A stretch of DNA of 57,564 nt, the filler included, from Asterionella formosa (Eukaryota), in NCBI GenBank assembly GCA_002256025.1. It is 5 parts of 5 records of this genome, joined end to end, with 100 filler letters (N's around TTAATTAATTAA, not from the genome) between each part and the next. Parts side by side here need not be neighbours in the genome. Positions count along the whole stretch, not along the records: positions 46,141 to 57,564 come from NKIB01008525.1; 4 more parts are not named here. One strand, written 5' to 3'. Of this stretch, positions 47,135-57,564 are shown piece by piece; position 1 is the stretch's first letter, and each line of letters starts with the position of its first letter. The notes below the pieces were generated by a model that was not told where the DNA came from, made no database searches, and was given only the letters and a program-made list of their open reading frames with translations. The translations under genes and the position numbers were made by a program.

Positions 47135-50100
47135 GCTATGGCTGGGTGCAAATTTTGAGGACATTGGGTAGGCTCATGTAGACCTAGTGCAACGGATAAC
47201 CCTAAACCTTCTAAAATTTATGATTGCGCGCAAAAAAGCTTGCTGTTTTGCGTCCACAATGGCCATCATTGACCGTCGCTTTTCTTTATACCACATTGCG
47301 ATCTCGTGGATTCAACTCCGGTTCGAGATTCACAATCGTCTTTACTAAAAGAATGAGTCGATGGATCCGCAAGCGAGGGCACTCATTCTCATTTAATTTT
47401 GAGCTATTTTAATATCATCTGTTCAGAAAGTTCCTACCAACAAAATTGGATTCCAATCGAGCTCCTGTGTGACCACATGCACTTGAGATTCAACGTCGAA
47501 GATGACATGAAGTTCACCAAGACTATGTTGGCTGACAAAGAACGATTTTTAAAATTCATGGAAAGACAGGAAGAGAGGCAAACAAAGTGGTTCTGGCGGA
47601 AAATTTTCTGGTTGACATGTATCGGCATGGTCATCGTGAGAAAGGAAGTGGTCAGGTTGAGTTTGTGTAACTGACAATGGAAGGAGGAGTTAAGCCTGAG
47701 TTTCCATCTGGAATGAATGCATCTTTGTGGGTGGATACATGTGTTGCAAGGCGATTGTGTGGTGGGAGGAAGGATGGCAATGTAGTAATTGATGAAATTT
47801 TCACGAAGGTGATGACACCTTCTGCCAATAAAAGAAAATGCGACTTTGGTGGCAAAGAAGCAAGGAATAGTGACAATACAGCAGATGATTCTTGTCGTTC
47901 TGACTCACTTTATGATAGCTGTCAAACTCATGTTCCTGGATTTGTCGATTGGTGGACTTCTGGCGATGCCCGGCTCCTTTTTGCGCCATGTGGCAAATAC
48001 AACAATAATTGCAATGTGAAGGACATCGTCATGGACAGAATTGAACTACTTGAGTCAGTGAATCAGAATTCAAGCAATTGGAGACTTGTTGTTGAGGAAG
48101 GGGATAAGGAAAATACATGCAGCTCCAATGATATATTTTTGATTCGACAAAGATGTATGTATTTGGTGATTGCATTGCACAAGTTTGTAAATGAAGAACA
48201 AACTGGAATGAGATCGACTTCATAGAGTGCATCATGCACTCTATGAGTGAAATGAACGATGTTGGTGTTGAAGTCTACACTAACTGGCAAACTTTACAGT
48301 GATGGCATCATCGAATTGTTACTAGGTTCAACAATACTTTCTTGAAGGCACCATCTGCCAAGCAATTAATGCCACCATTTTTCCGGGAGCACCCAGATGC
48401 TATGGATGCATTTAAAAGATATGGAGTGGTTCACTTGAAGGAGCTGTCCATTGAATTGATGCATAGCTATGTGCATGATAGCTTGATTCCAGCGACAATT
48501 AGCTAAGAGTCTGGGACAGGCATTTGACAAAGACACAACAAGCAACAACAGTTTAGAGAAAAATTCCGTGACTGCAGCAACAAGCAAAGGAATCTTATCT
48601 AGTAAGGAGATATGGATTGAAGTGTATATCCATGTCTACGATTGTACGCTGGATTCATGTTGTTGGATTCAGGTACCAAAACAGAGCCAAACACTATTTT
48701 GTAGATGGTCATGAGAAGGCCACAACTTTGGAGTACAGACCAGCATATACAAAGAGGTATCTTGATTTGGAGGTACAGGCACACAGATGGATTCAGTTCA
48801 GTATTGATGAGTCTAAGATACTAGAGGTACAAGGTTATGTAGCAAAAGATACAGGCTATCACTAAAGCAGTTCTGGTGTAGACATGGTAGAATACCATGT
48901 TGATAATGTTGGGAAAATGCCAGATGATCAGTATGGCGGCAACCTAGCTAAGTGTCAGGAAGTGTCTCGATGACCCTGTGGGTTTTTTCGCCCAAGATGA
49001 GGCCATCTTCAAGCAATTCCTCCTGCCATCTAAGATGTGGACTGGACCTAGTGGTGAGAGACTACTTCTACCTAAAGGTGAGGGCTCCGGTTTACTGATT
49101 AGTTTCCTGATCTGATGAGAACATGGACTGATTATGGAACTAGACATTAATCTTCTAACTCAAGAAGTCAATCATTCTAGACTACATTCTAAGTACGCTG
49201 ACGAAGAAGCTGCAATAGAAGTCTATGGAAGTGCTCTAAAAGAAGATCTAAAGAAATCTCCTTTTCTGGTTTACTTTGAGTATGGAGAGAGTAAGGAGGG
49301 ATACTGGAATTATGCACATATGGTGTGTCAGTTCGAAGATTGTGTAGATGTCCTCAAGATACTACACCCCACTTACCATTTTGTATTCCTCTTCGACCAA
49401 TCATCTGGTCACTCAAAGCAACGCCCTGATGGTTTTAATGCAACCCGAATGAACAAGTCATTTGGAGGAAGGAACATGTTGATGAGAGAAACGAAAATAG
49501 AAACAGTACAAGGATACCTGGGAACTTACAATTCAATTCTACATCCAGGCGATACTCAATGCCTTACTTTTCTAAAATCAGATCAGGGTCCATTTTGGCT
49601 CACCCCTACTCAAGCTGAATTATGTCGCCATGATGTTGTGATTGGAACAAAAAATGCTGACCGAAATTGGCTGTCATTGACAATGGACCTGCTAAGAAGC
49701 AAAGGAGTTAACACGAAAGGGAAAAGTAAAAGAGAGTTAGTCGAACTATGTACACAGAATGCCATTGAAACAAAAGAACTTAATTGAAGCAAAGAAAGAA
49801 GGTTGGGTGGGTGGGTAAGTCGAAGGGTTTGTTACAGGTGTTATGGGAGAGAGGATTCATTGATGGGACGAGCATTGAAAAATACAAACTTACTGGAAAG
49901 AACGACGATTTCGGAATTGTTGACAATTCTACAAGCTTAAGACACATGATGACCATGTGCTCCGACTTCCTTCATGAGCAAGGAATGATGGAATTCATTG
50001 GACAAAAGGTTGGAGTGGAAGTTATTCTAACTCCAAAATGCCATGCAGAACTTGCAGGCGATGGAGTTGAGTATGTGGGCATGCTCCAAGAACCGCTATC

Positions 50101-50583
50101 GAAATCTATCCTTGAAGGAAAAGAAAGGGAAAGACAAATTTACAGAAGCAGTTAGAAAATGTTTGTCAGTCGATGTGATTGTCTTACATTGATGCGAATA
50201 AGAAAATTTGCAAAACGAGCGAGACAATATTTGATTGGCTGCTTACCATGCAATTGATAGTGGTCAAGTCAACATAATACACTCACAAAGCGACAGACAT
50301 GGACCTGTTGCAGTTGAGAAGTTGATTGGCAAGTTCAGAACTCATCGTTGCACAATGGACTTTGATTTTAAATTTGTAATCAGAATCGACGACGATGATT
50401 AATTATCAACATGTAATGATGAACCAGTAACTATTTCCAATAAAGGGAAATAACCATCTAAATCTAATATGATGATTCTTCTTTGATGTATGCAAAACAA
50501 ATATTTGGTGAAACTAAATTTCTAACATACCACAAGGCACGGGCGGCTACCCGATGTACTTTGCGGGTGCACCCAGCCATGGC
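47135..50583 (+). mobile_element. ~3.4-kb IS630/Tc1/mariner-superfamily DNA transposon, pseudogenised
   Basis: Imperfect TIRs GC(T/C)ATGGCTGGGTGCA...ACAT(T/C)GGGTAG at 47135 and 50583; transposase fragments YFVDGHE, QDEAIFKQF, YFEYG..KEGYW, FLFDQSSGH, KGLLQVLWERG, LTPKCHAELAGDGVEY; many stops and frameshifts. Confidence 0.85.
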
Positions 50584-50589
50584 ACCTTC

Positions 50590-50852
50590 CATACCAGTAA
50601 AATATTACTCCTGTACGGAATACACCTACGGCAGTACGGAGTGGGTCCTGGAGTAATGTACCGGTAACAGGTTACATGTGTAGTAAAGTATGTAGAATGT
50701 ACAAGGGGTGCCCCCAACTCAACTGGCTGATGGTCCGGACCGGTACCTGGTACCAGTACCCCGCTGGAAGTCTATACGTCCAATATGATACACTGTTACT
50801 CCGCACTCCAAGTACCAGGTACCTGGTACCAGGTACCAGATAGTTTCCCGGT
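50590..50852. repeat. Island of TA-CCAGG-TA / TA-CCGG-TA micro-repeats upstream of TUL1
   Basis: 50813-50842 TA CCAGG TA CCTGG TA CCAGG TA CCAGA TA; 50740-50760 similar. Confidence 0.75.
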
Positions 50853-51215
50853 AGGCTCTCATGTAAAGGCGGGAGTGAAATGGCCTGAGGCTGATCTCTA
50901 TGATTGCTCCTTCGCCTGTGAGGAATGTTTCATTGCCGTCTCAAGCTTAAATCAAAGCAAAGCATCACGAATAGCAATAAGGAACTGAAGGTGTGGTGTG
51001 GGTATTACGCGGGTGGTGAAATTCTAAACGTGAACGAAGTAGTCTAAAGGGAAGCCAGGTCCATCAAAGCATTGAAAACTTAGCATTGCACTTGATTCGT
51101 TGTCAACAATTTTCAAGGTTTCTAAGTGCAAATTAACACAGTGCGAGTTCATTCCCACGACCTACGAGTTCCACGTATTCAGCCACTCTTTCCAATACAC
51201 CTCTCGTCAGCTATT

Positions 51216-54200
51216 ATGTTCCCTCCGTCTGATTCTCCCGAGCCTTGGGAGATGGATCCTTCCACGGCCGAGGCGTGGCGCGAGCGGGAACGTCGCCAAC
51301 GCAGCGTCCGACTCCTCATGATGTTCCTCCTCATGTTGCTACTCATGGACGGCGAAGAACAATCAAACAGACGTCGCAACGAGCCTCTCCTTCGTCGCAA
51401 GAAGAATTCTAGGAAACCTGTCATTCTGGAACAGTCTGTTTTCCGGGCGAGACGCGATCAAGACGAAGCCATCTTGAAATTGACTAAAACACACCCGCGC
51501 TTTCTGGAACTACTGGCGCTGAACGGAAAAATTAATTATGAAGCGCAGGCTCGCAAATGGGCTGATCAATTTACTGCAGAGGATCAGGAAGACATAGAAG
51601 CCGATGACGATGGCGACGAAGATGAAAGGAAAGTATTTCATTATCCATGGAATGCAACTGGTTTCTACCGGGGTGAATGGATACGAGAGGAAATGGAAGA
51701 TGAGGAAATTGATGGCAAAAATAAGGAGGAAGATCACGAGGAATTCAAAGAAAAGCCCGTTCAATTCATGACTCCCTTAGAATTGGAACGAACCATGTCA
51801 GATATGCTTGCAAGGCAAGAGGAACAAATTGGAGTCTTTTTGCTCCCAGAGGGCATTCACGTACAGATGGAAAATTCAACCGCAATGAGTAGTGATCTCA
51901 CAGCAGCCGAGACAGATAGGCAGGGAAACGTGGAGCAGCCGTCCAATTTCAAGGTTGCCGTGGGTACATCAGTTGGCCGAGCAGCTTCTCCCTTTATGAG
52001 ATACTCAGATTTTACAACTCTGGTGGAAGAGGAAGATGATCAGTCCTCCATACGACTTCCCCTAACTAAACTGACAGGGCGAGCAGCGTTACAATTATAT
52101 TCCAGGTCTGTCCCTTCAATGAAGGAACTGAGCCTCGTGGAAGGCTTTGTTAAATTGTACGATTCCAATACTGTTGGTTACTCCACGAGGCGTGATATCT
52201 TACTACGAGCTCGGGGAGTTTTGATTCATAGTATTGGGCGGCTTTCTCTGGTGAGCAACGCAGCCCCTGGGAGAGCATTGTTCGTTGTATCGGACCAGTC
52301 TACTCACGAGAAAACGAACAAGAAAAGCAAAAGTGATCAAACAAAGAATGTACAAAGCACCCGTTTGCTGAAATCTCTCGAGGAAGTGCACAAATATTCT
52401 GATCCGAGTATGTTGGATCAAATTCGACAGGATGCCATGGACTTGTATCCCTATGATGCCCAGGAAGAAAATTTTAAAGGTTGGAACATCATGTCATCGT
52501 TTAGTCATTTTGATGATGACATTCAAAACTTGAACAACTCGAATGACAAATCTTTCAGCGACGAGCGTGGCACTTGGTTCAATGAGATATTGAAGAATTT
52601 TTTGCGTTTTGGCGAAACTTGGTCTGATATGATTCCGAATCAACGCAACCTCCGACAAGATGTGACGGCTCTTGGAGCAGCAATGAAATTCCCTTTGTCT
52701 GACAACGACGATGATGTTTTTACAGATGAAGGTCCTTTTTTAAATTTGACCCAGATCAACGAAACCATTGCTTTCGAGAACCGACGAGCACAAGTTGCCG
52801 ATGTGGATGACAGCGAAGAAGGTCATGAAGTTCTTGAATTAGTCAAGATGTCAAACATTGTCTTCCCCTTTCCATACGTTCGCGATGATAAAGGCGAGTC
52901 TGTTCGTAAGGCGAAAACACCAGCATCACGCCGGATGCCCCTGAGAGAACAAACGCTTGAAGCCAACGCCGGTAGTTGTGAATTTCAAATCAACTTGGAT
53001 GTGAAGGAGATTGAATGGACCATGGGGGAGTGGAAAAGACTGATGATTCGACGTGTTCAAGATACAAAGAACTCGGACCCGTCGATACACAAGAACGATC
53101 CCGATGAAGCTGATGAAATCGACGAGGGCGACGCCTCCAGAAACACTTCCCACTGGAAGCGAAAGCATGAGTCAAATGAAACACCAATCAAGGAACGTGC
53201 ACTCTTGAAGCCTATGCAAGATCAAGCACTCATCATGATGATGACAGGAGCAATCTCGTCCCTGAATTGCGATTTTACTGCTTCTCTCAATGTCACCGCC
53301 ATTCGAACTGACTGGGAACAGACAACTAGCAAAGCGATCAATTATAGTTTCTACATGATGCTGACATGTTTGACTCAAATAGTTGTTCTGCTTCGTCAAC
53401 TTCTTCACACCCAGGCTCAATCGACAGCCATACGTGTCTCACTTCTATGTATAGGATGGCAGACAGTACTTGACGCTTTGGTCTGTCTTGCCCATGTCTA
53501 TCTGAGCCTGGCCATACAGCCTCTGTTCACTGCTTTTGCAAGTGTCGCGTTCTTCAAACTTCTCATTTTCTGCGTGATAGAAATGAAATATATGGCGATA
53601 ATATTACAAGCGCGAAGCAGCGCTACTGGAGGCCAGAATTTGGCAGAATCACTGCGACGACAAGTGGCGTTGATTCACGTGCGCTTCTACGTTGCTCTAG
53701 TTTTTGCTTTTCTTGCTTTCTTCTACGCCGGACAGAAGTATCGCACTATTTACATCCTGGCCCTTTACTCGTTCTGGGTTCCTCAGATTGTTCAGAACGT
53801 TGTCACGGAAGCAAAACGTCCTTTGCATATATATTATATCTATGGAATGAGTATTACTCGAATGGTGGCTCCTTTGTATATTTTTGCAGTTCCAGACAAC
53901 TTTTTAAAAGAGGTTTATCCTGATTCTCCCACGAACATTTTTATGTGCGAAATTCTCGTTGTTTGGGTTGGAATTCAAGCCTTTGTCTTGATCGCACAAG
54001 GAAAATATGGAGCTAGATTTATGGTTCCTGCACGATTCCTTCCCCCGAAATTCGATTACAACCGTCCAGTTCCACCCTCAATGATGCCTACTGACGACAT
54101 TCTGGAGCCCCCTGTATCACGCCCAGACGCTGGTGAACAGACGTCCGAACCTGCTCTGCTGTCATCAGAAACCTCTCCGGAAAGAACAACGACAGGAACC

Positions 54201-54452
54201 AGAAACAGGACAAAGAAGGGCAAGGCACGAGTCAAGACGGAGACTACATCCATGATTACTGAATCTCTCACCGAAAATCCCACTGGTCCTACATTGGATT
54301 GCGTTATTTGTTGTAACGATATCAATCTTCACAATAGAAGAGGGTACATGCTGGCTCCCTGTGACCATATATTCCACCGTGAATGTTTGGTCCAATGGAT
54401 GGATGTCAAAATGGAATGTCCTGTCTGCCGAAAGGAGCTTCCCGCAATTTAA
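51216..54452 (+). CDS. TUL1: Transmembrane RING-H2 E3 ubiquitin ligase, Tul1/Dsc1/FLY family (~1078 aa)
   Basis: First ATG at 51216; N-terminal hydrophobic helix, NATGFYRGEW, multi-TM block (KAINYS...RQL, SFWVPQI, Q.KYGARFMVP.RFLP.KFDY), C-terminal CVIC...YMLAPCDHIFHRECL..WMDVKMECPVCRKELP. Confidence 0.9.
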   Translation: MFPPSDSPEPWEMDPSTAEAWRERERRQRSVRLLMMFLLMLLLMDGEEQSNRRRNEPLLRRKKNSRKPVILEQSVFRARRDQDEAILKLTKTHPRFLELLALNGKINYEAQARKWADQFTAEDQEDIEADDDGDEDERKVFHYPWNATGFYRGEWIREEMEDEEIDGKNKEEDHEEFKEKPVQFMTPLELERTMSDMLARQEEQIGVFLLPEGIHVQMENSTAMSSDLTAAETDRQGNVEQPSNFKVAVGTSVGRAASPFMRYSDFTTLVEEEDDQSSIRLPLTKLTGRAALQLYSRSVPSMKELSLVEGFVKLYDSNTVGYSTRRDILLRARGVLIHSIGRLSLVSNAAPGRALFVVSDQSTHEKTNKKSKSDQTKNVQSTRLLKSLEEVHKYSDPSMLDQIRQDAMDLYPYDAQEENFKGWNIMSSFSHFDDDIQNLNNSNDKSFSDERGTWFNEILKNFLRFGETWSDMIPNQRNLRQDVTALGAAMKFPLSDNDDDVFTDEGPFLNLTQINETIAFENRRAQVADVDDSEEGHEVLELVKMSNIVFPFPYVRDDKGESVRKAKTPASRRMPLREQTLEANAGSCEFQINLDVKEIEWTMGEWKRLMIRRVQDTKNSDPSIHKNDPDEADEIDEGDASRNTSHWKRKHESNETPIKERALLKPMQDQALIMMMTGAISSLNCDFTASLNVTAIRTDWEQTTSKAINYSFYMMLTCLTQIVVLLRQLLHTQAQSTAIRVSLLCIGWQTVLDALVCLAHVYLSLAIQPLFTAFASVAFFKLLIFCVIEMKYMAIILQARSSATGGQNLAESLRRQVALIHVRFYVALVFAFLAFFYAGQKYRTIYILALYSFWVPQIVQNVVTEAKRPLHIYYIYGMSITRMVAPLYIFAVPDNFLKEVYPDSPTNIFMCEILVVWVGIQAFVLIAQGKYGARFMVPARFLPPKFDYNRPVPPSMMPTDDILEPPVSRPDAGEQTSEPALLSSETSPERTTTGTRNRTKKGKARVKTETTSMITESLTENPTGPTLDCVICCNDINLHNRRGYMLAPCDHIFHRECLVQWMDVKMECPVCRKELPAI

Positions 54453-54843
54453 AACTGAAGCGGTAACGATGCTAACCCAAAATGTGACGAATCAGTCGTT
54501 GTAGAAATTGATCTTGAGTAAATCGATGATGAATTAAGACTTGTCTCCTGAAAAACTTTATGTCAATTACAACTTTAAAATCAATGTAGCGGCAAAAAAT
54601 TTCGCAAAACAAACGTATAACATAAAAATTTAAGTTGATGCTCAGAGAAAACCAGAGTCACGAACACACGAACAAATGCTCATGAGTTTGTCAACAATAT
54701 TTTTACCGGCATTTTCGTCAACTGTTGGATTGCTCAGACATGCATGTTTAGAATTTTATAAAAAGCGAACTAAGTTACTTCCCATATTAAAGCAGATCAA
54801 CATGAAGATCACTGTGACACTTGGCTTTGCGGATTCTTCACTT

Positions 54844-56271
54844 TCAAGATACAAAGCCGCTGATCGAAGGCGCACTCATTCGTCGCTTCATCTTGTTGTG
54901 CTGCCCAGAGCTTTGCCTACCAGGCTTCAAGTGCGCACGCGGTCTTGGCTTTCCCAGCTCCGTTTCCTTGTTTATCAAAGGCGTCCCATCCCATTTTGCC
55001 AAAATCTCACCCGACTGCAACTGTTTGCGACTCCTACTTGAATTGACCATGGTTTGTGAGTGTGATTTGGGAAGACCAATCCTCTTGTCCCATGTTTGCA
55101 AGGCCTTTTGGGTGGCTTGCGAGGCTTGCATCATGTTTTGTAAGCGTAGCAACATGGCGCTCGAATCAGAAACATTTGCTGGATCCTGCCCTTGGGCAGC
55201 AATTCCTGAATCAACTCGCAACGTTACAATAAAGGGATTTCCAGTCATAGGAGACTGTCCAAAGGCGCCGATGGCACTAGAACCAACGAAACTACCCGTG
55301 GATCCACGACGAGGCATGCGACCTCCAAATTTAATCCCGGGAATACCCGATGCTGTAACAGGAGTAGGTTCAGAACTGTTGTGGTCTCCGTACGTATTGC
55401 TCTGGCTGTCCACTCCATTCATACTGCAACGCACGTGCATGGTCGGCATACTGCCGCGTCGTTGAGCACGTCGTCTCTTCTCAGGTTGCACTGAATATGC
55501 ATCTTCATCTTCATCATCATCTTGACGAAGCTTCTCCTCCAACTGATGCTGGTGAAGAAAGGAATCAAGATCAACTTGTATAGTTCGTTGTTGGTTGAAG
55601 CCCTCTTGTATCGGCGTAGGCTCAAAGGGGTCCTCATCTGAGGCGTCCTCTCCATTTTCGAAACCGGAGCTGTACTCTCCAATGTGCATAGTGGGCATGC
55701 TACCTCTGCGTTGTGATTTCCGTCTTTTTCCGGGGTAGGCTTCTACAGGCTGATCTTCGACGTCATAATTATCTCGAATTGATGGGGCGGCATCGCCATA
55801 TCCGTAATCAACAGATTCATTGTCCTCCTCCCCATCGTCCTTTCCCCCTTCCTTTTCTATATTCACGCTGCGATTCATGAATTGATCCAATTTAGCTGAA
55901 TTGTGTTTGAATCGATCGTCTAGGTCAAAGATCAAATCGGGATCAGACGGAAGGTCGTCGAAATTAATTGGTTCTCCCGGTAAACCTGACAGGGAGTGTT
56001 CCATCATGCCCTTTTCATCGAAATGGACCTCTAATATTGGAACAGGTTCCAGTTCAAGTTCGCTATCAATCAGAAGGTTGGCGAAGCTTCCGTTCTTCTG
56101 AATGAAACAATCGTGGTTTGTCGCGTGCTCCAGAGCATTCAAGAGGCTGTCGACTTCTTGGTCCGTTGGTCTCAACATTTGCGCTGCATCTGACGAGTCC
56201 AGCAGCGACCCCAGGGAGTTGCTTGAGCCCAACGAATCCGGAAAAAGGCCAAGTCCAGAGTCTAGCGACAT
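54844..56271 (-). CDS. Hypothetical disordered protein with repeated RRGS motifs and a conserved-looking C-terminal helix
   Basis: Uninterrupted ORF (ATG 56271); QRRGSMPTMH x2, RRGST, RRMSAP; C-terminal QATQKALQTWDKRIGLPKSHSQTMVNSSRSRKQL. Confidence 0.8.
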   Translation of the reverse strand: MSLDSGLGLFPDSLGSSNSLGSLLDSSDAAQMLRPTDQEVDSLLNALEHATNHDCFIQKNGSFANLLIDSELELEPVPILEVHFDEKGMMEHSLSGLPGEPINFDDLPSDPDLIFDLDDRFKHNSAKLDQFMNRSVNIEKEGGKDDGEEDNESVDYGYGDAAPSIRDNYDVEDQPVEAYPGKRRKSQRRGSMPTMHIGEYSSGFENGEDASDEDPFEPTPIQEGFNQQRTIQVDLDSFLHQHQLEEKLRQDDDEDEDAYSVQPEKRRRAQRRGSMPTMHVRCSMNGVDSQSNTYGDHNSSEPTPVTASGIPGIKFGGRMPRRGSTGSFVGSSAIGAFGQSPMTGNPFIVTLRVDSGIAAQGQDPANVSDSSAMLLRLQNMMQASQATQKALQTWDKRIGLPKSHSQTMVNSSRSRKQLQSGEILAKWDGTPLINKETELGKPRPRAHLKPGRQSSGQHNKMKRRMSAPSISGFVS

Positions 56272-57419
56272 GGTGCGAATGACCTGTGTGTGTTCAGGTC
56301 GTGATGACAAGGTGCGGGTTTCGTCGAAAACAGAAGAAAACTACCGCAAGATCCCGGTACATAACTATACGGAATTTTATTTGTATGATGTTGAAACATA
56401 AGAGATGCGGGATTAATCTAGCATGCACATTAGCCTCCTTTAAAACGATGTGTTGAATTGATGTCCATATTTTTCACATGCATAGACTTAAAGAATGTCC
56501 TATAGATGAAAGTCATGGTCATTGTCGTGGTCGTGGTAATGATTTCAGGTATGATATTTTTGGTTGCCGTCGCCTGTCAACAAAAACGTCCTGATGATGC
56601 ACAGATTTGTCATATAGGTTGTACAGTAGCTATTGGGTGGTTCTGGGCTGTCAATAGAACCGTGATCGAGAAGACTTTGGAAGTCAAATATATTATAAAT
56701 AGGAACTCCATAACTCTAAGTGGGGCAATAGAAATCATAAACTAAGATTGAAAATAAACTATATTCATACTCCTAAAAGTGGTTAAATAACACTCAGTGC
56801 ATTGTAAAATAATAAATATTTGTCTTCCGTTGCAATTTGAGGAACTGCCTCCTGGAATTTATCAAGCAGTAATGGTCCTGTCAGAAAATTGACAATTGTC
56901 CCTCTGTTTTCCTCATGATGGGGTACCAGTAGTAGAGAAACCGTCTTTTACCGGTCATTCCTGGCTTTGTGTTCGCTCATTTTGGAAACCTGTTGCTTGC
57001 TGACGAGCTCGAAATAAAAGATGCAAGAAGTAAGGAAAGTGGGATAGAGGCAATGCCTCTGAGGATGACCCAGAATAACGCTACGGGCGGGTGAGTACCG
57101 GTAGGGTACCAGTGGTCAAATCGACTACCGGTACCAGGGACCAAGTATTCCAGTATTACTTGTAAAAATCAACCCAGGTTGTATTTTTCTGTAGGCCTCA
57201 AGTATCGTTCTACTGCGGATGGTAAAATACCTTGACGGTATTTTTCCGTACTTACTTGATCACGAGAAAATACAGTATTGTACAACAAGGAAAAAATCAA
57301 CCCGGTTGCATTGACGGTTGATTTTGTACTCCCTTTTTGGTTGAAAAATCAACTCTGATTAGTCGTAGAAAGGCCGGGATGTGCGTGATGATGCATAAAA
57401 ATATGCACATGAAGCAAGA

Positions 57420-57499
57420 TGGTTGTACCGGTACCATGTACCAGGTACCTGGTATCAGGGTACTCAGCATACCGGCAAGTTGCGGTAATTTTGCTAAAC
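57420..57499. mobile_element. Footprint-like chain followed by one end of MITE copy 3
   Basis: 57426-57462 TA CCGG TA CCATG TA CCAGG TA CCTGG TA TCAGGG TA; then TA|CCGGCAAGTTGCGGTAATTTTGCTAAAC at 57472. Confidence 0.7.
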
Positions 57500-57564
57500 G
57501 AGCAGTATCCAAACTTTAGTGCTACATACGTCATCGTGCTGGCAATAGTGATTCCAATTCCAAA

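Noticed and set aside
50860..51040. snoRNA/U3 or rRNA fragment (ATGATTG...CTGA; GGTGAAATTCT)
   Set aside because: Box motifs are imperfect, there is no terminal stem or convincing guide, and matches are too short; needs an Infernal/Rfam search

Overview
Eukaryotic, almost certainly diatom, nuclear DNA. Evidence: short GT-AG introns with CTAAC branch points, a bipartite signal+transit peptide with an 'A-F' junction, and diatom-type TE families. Five contigs are joined by artificial 100-bp N/TTAATTAATTAA/N linkers, so adjacency across them is unproven. Host genes: PAN2 deadenylase (1 intron), a 5'-truncated chromodomain+C2H2 protein, a plastid-targeted aminopeptidase N (1 intron), a coiled-coil protein, a 5'-truncated SdrD-B/Cna-B + Pro/Thr-repeat surface protein with an inverted partial copy downstream, a Tul1/Dsc1-type RING E3 ligase and an RRGS-motif protein. 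These sit among decayed transposons: PIF/Harbinger, two pogo-like, three Tc1/IS630-like, copia gag, gypsy integrase, a Plavaka-like remnant, a tRNA-derived SINE-like repeat and an unclassified element. The most striking unexplained signal is gene-flanking chains of TA-CC(A/T)GG-TA / TA-CCGG-TA / TA-C(A/T)G-TA next to a ~96-bp TA-flanked MITE whose ends are CC(A/G)G...(A/T)GG. This suggests hotspots of serial insertion/excision footprints.
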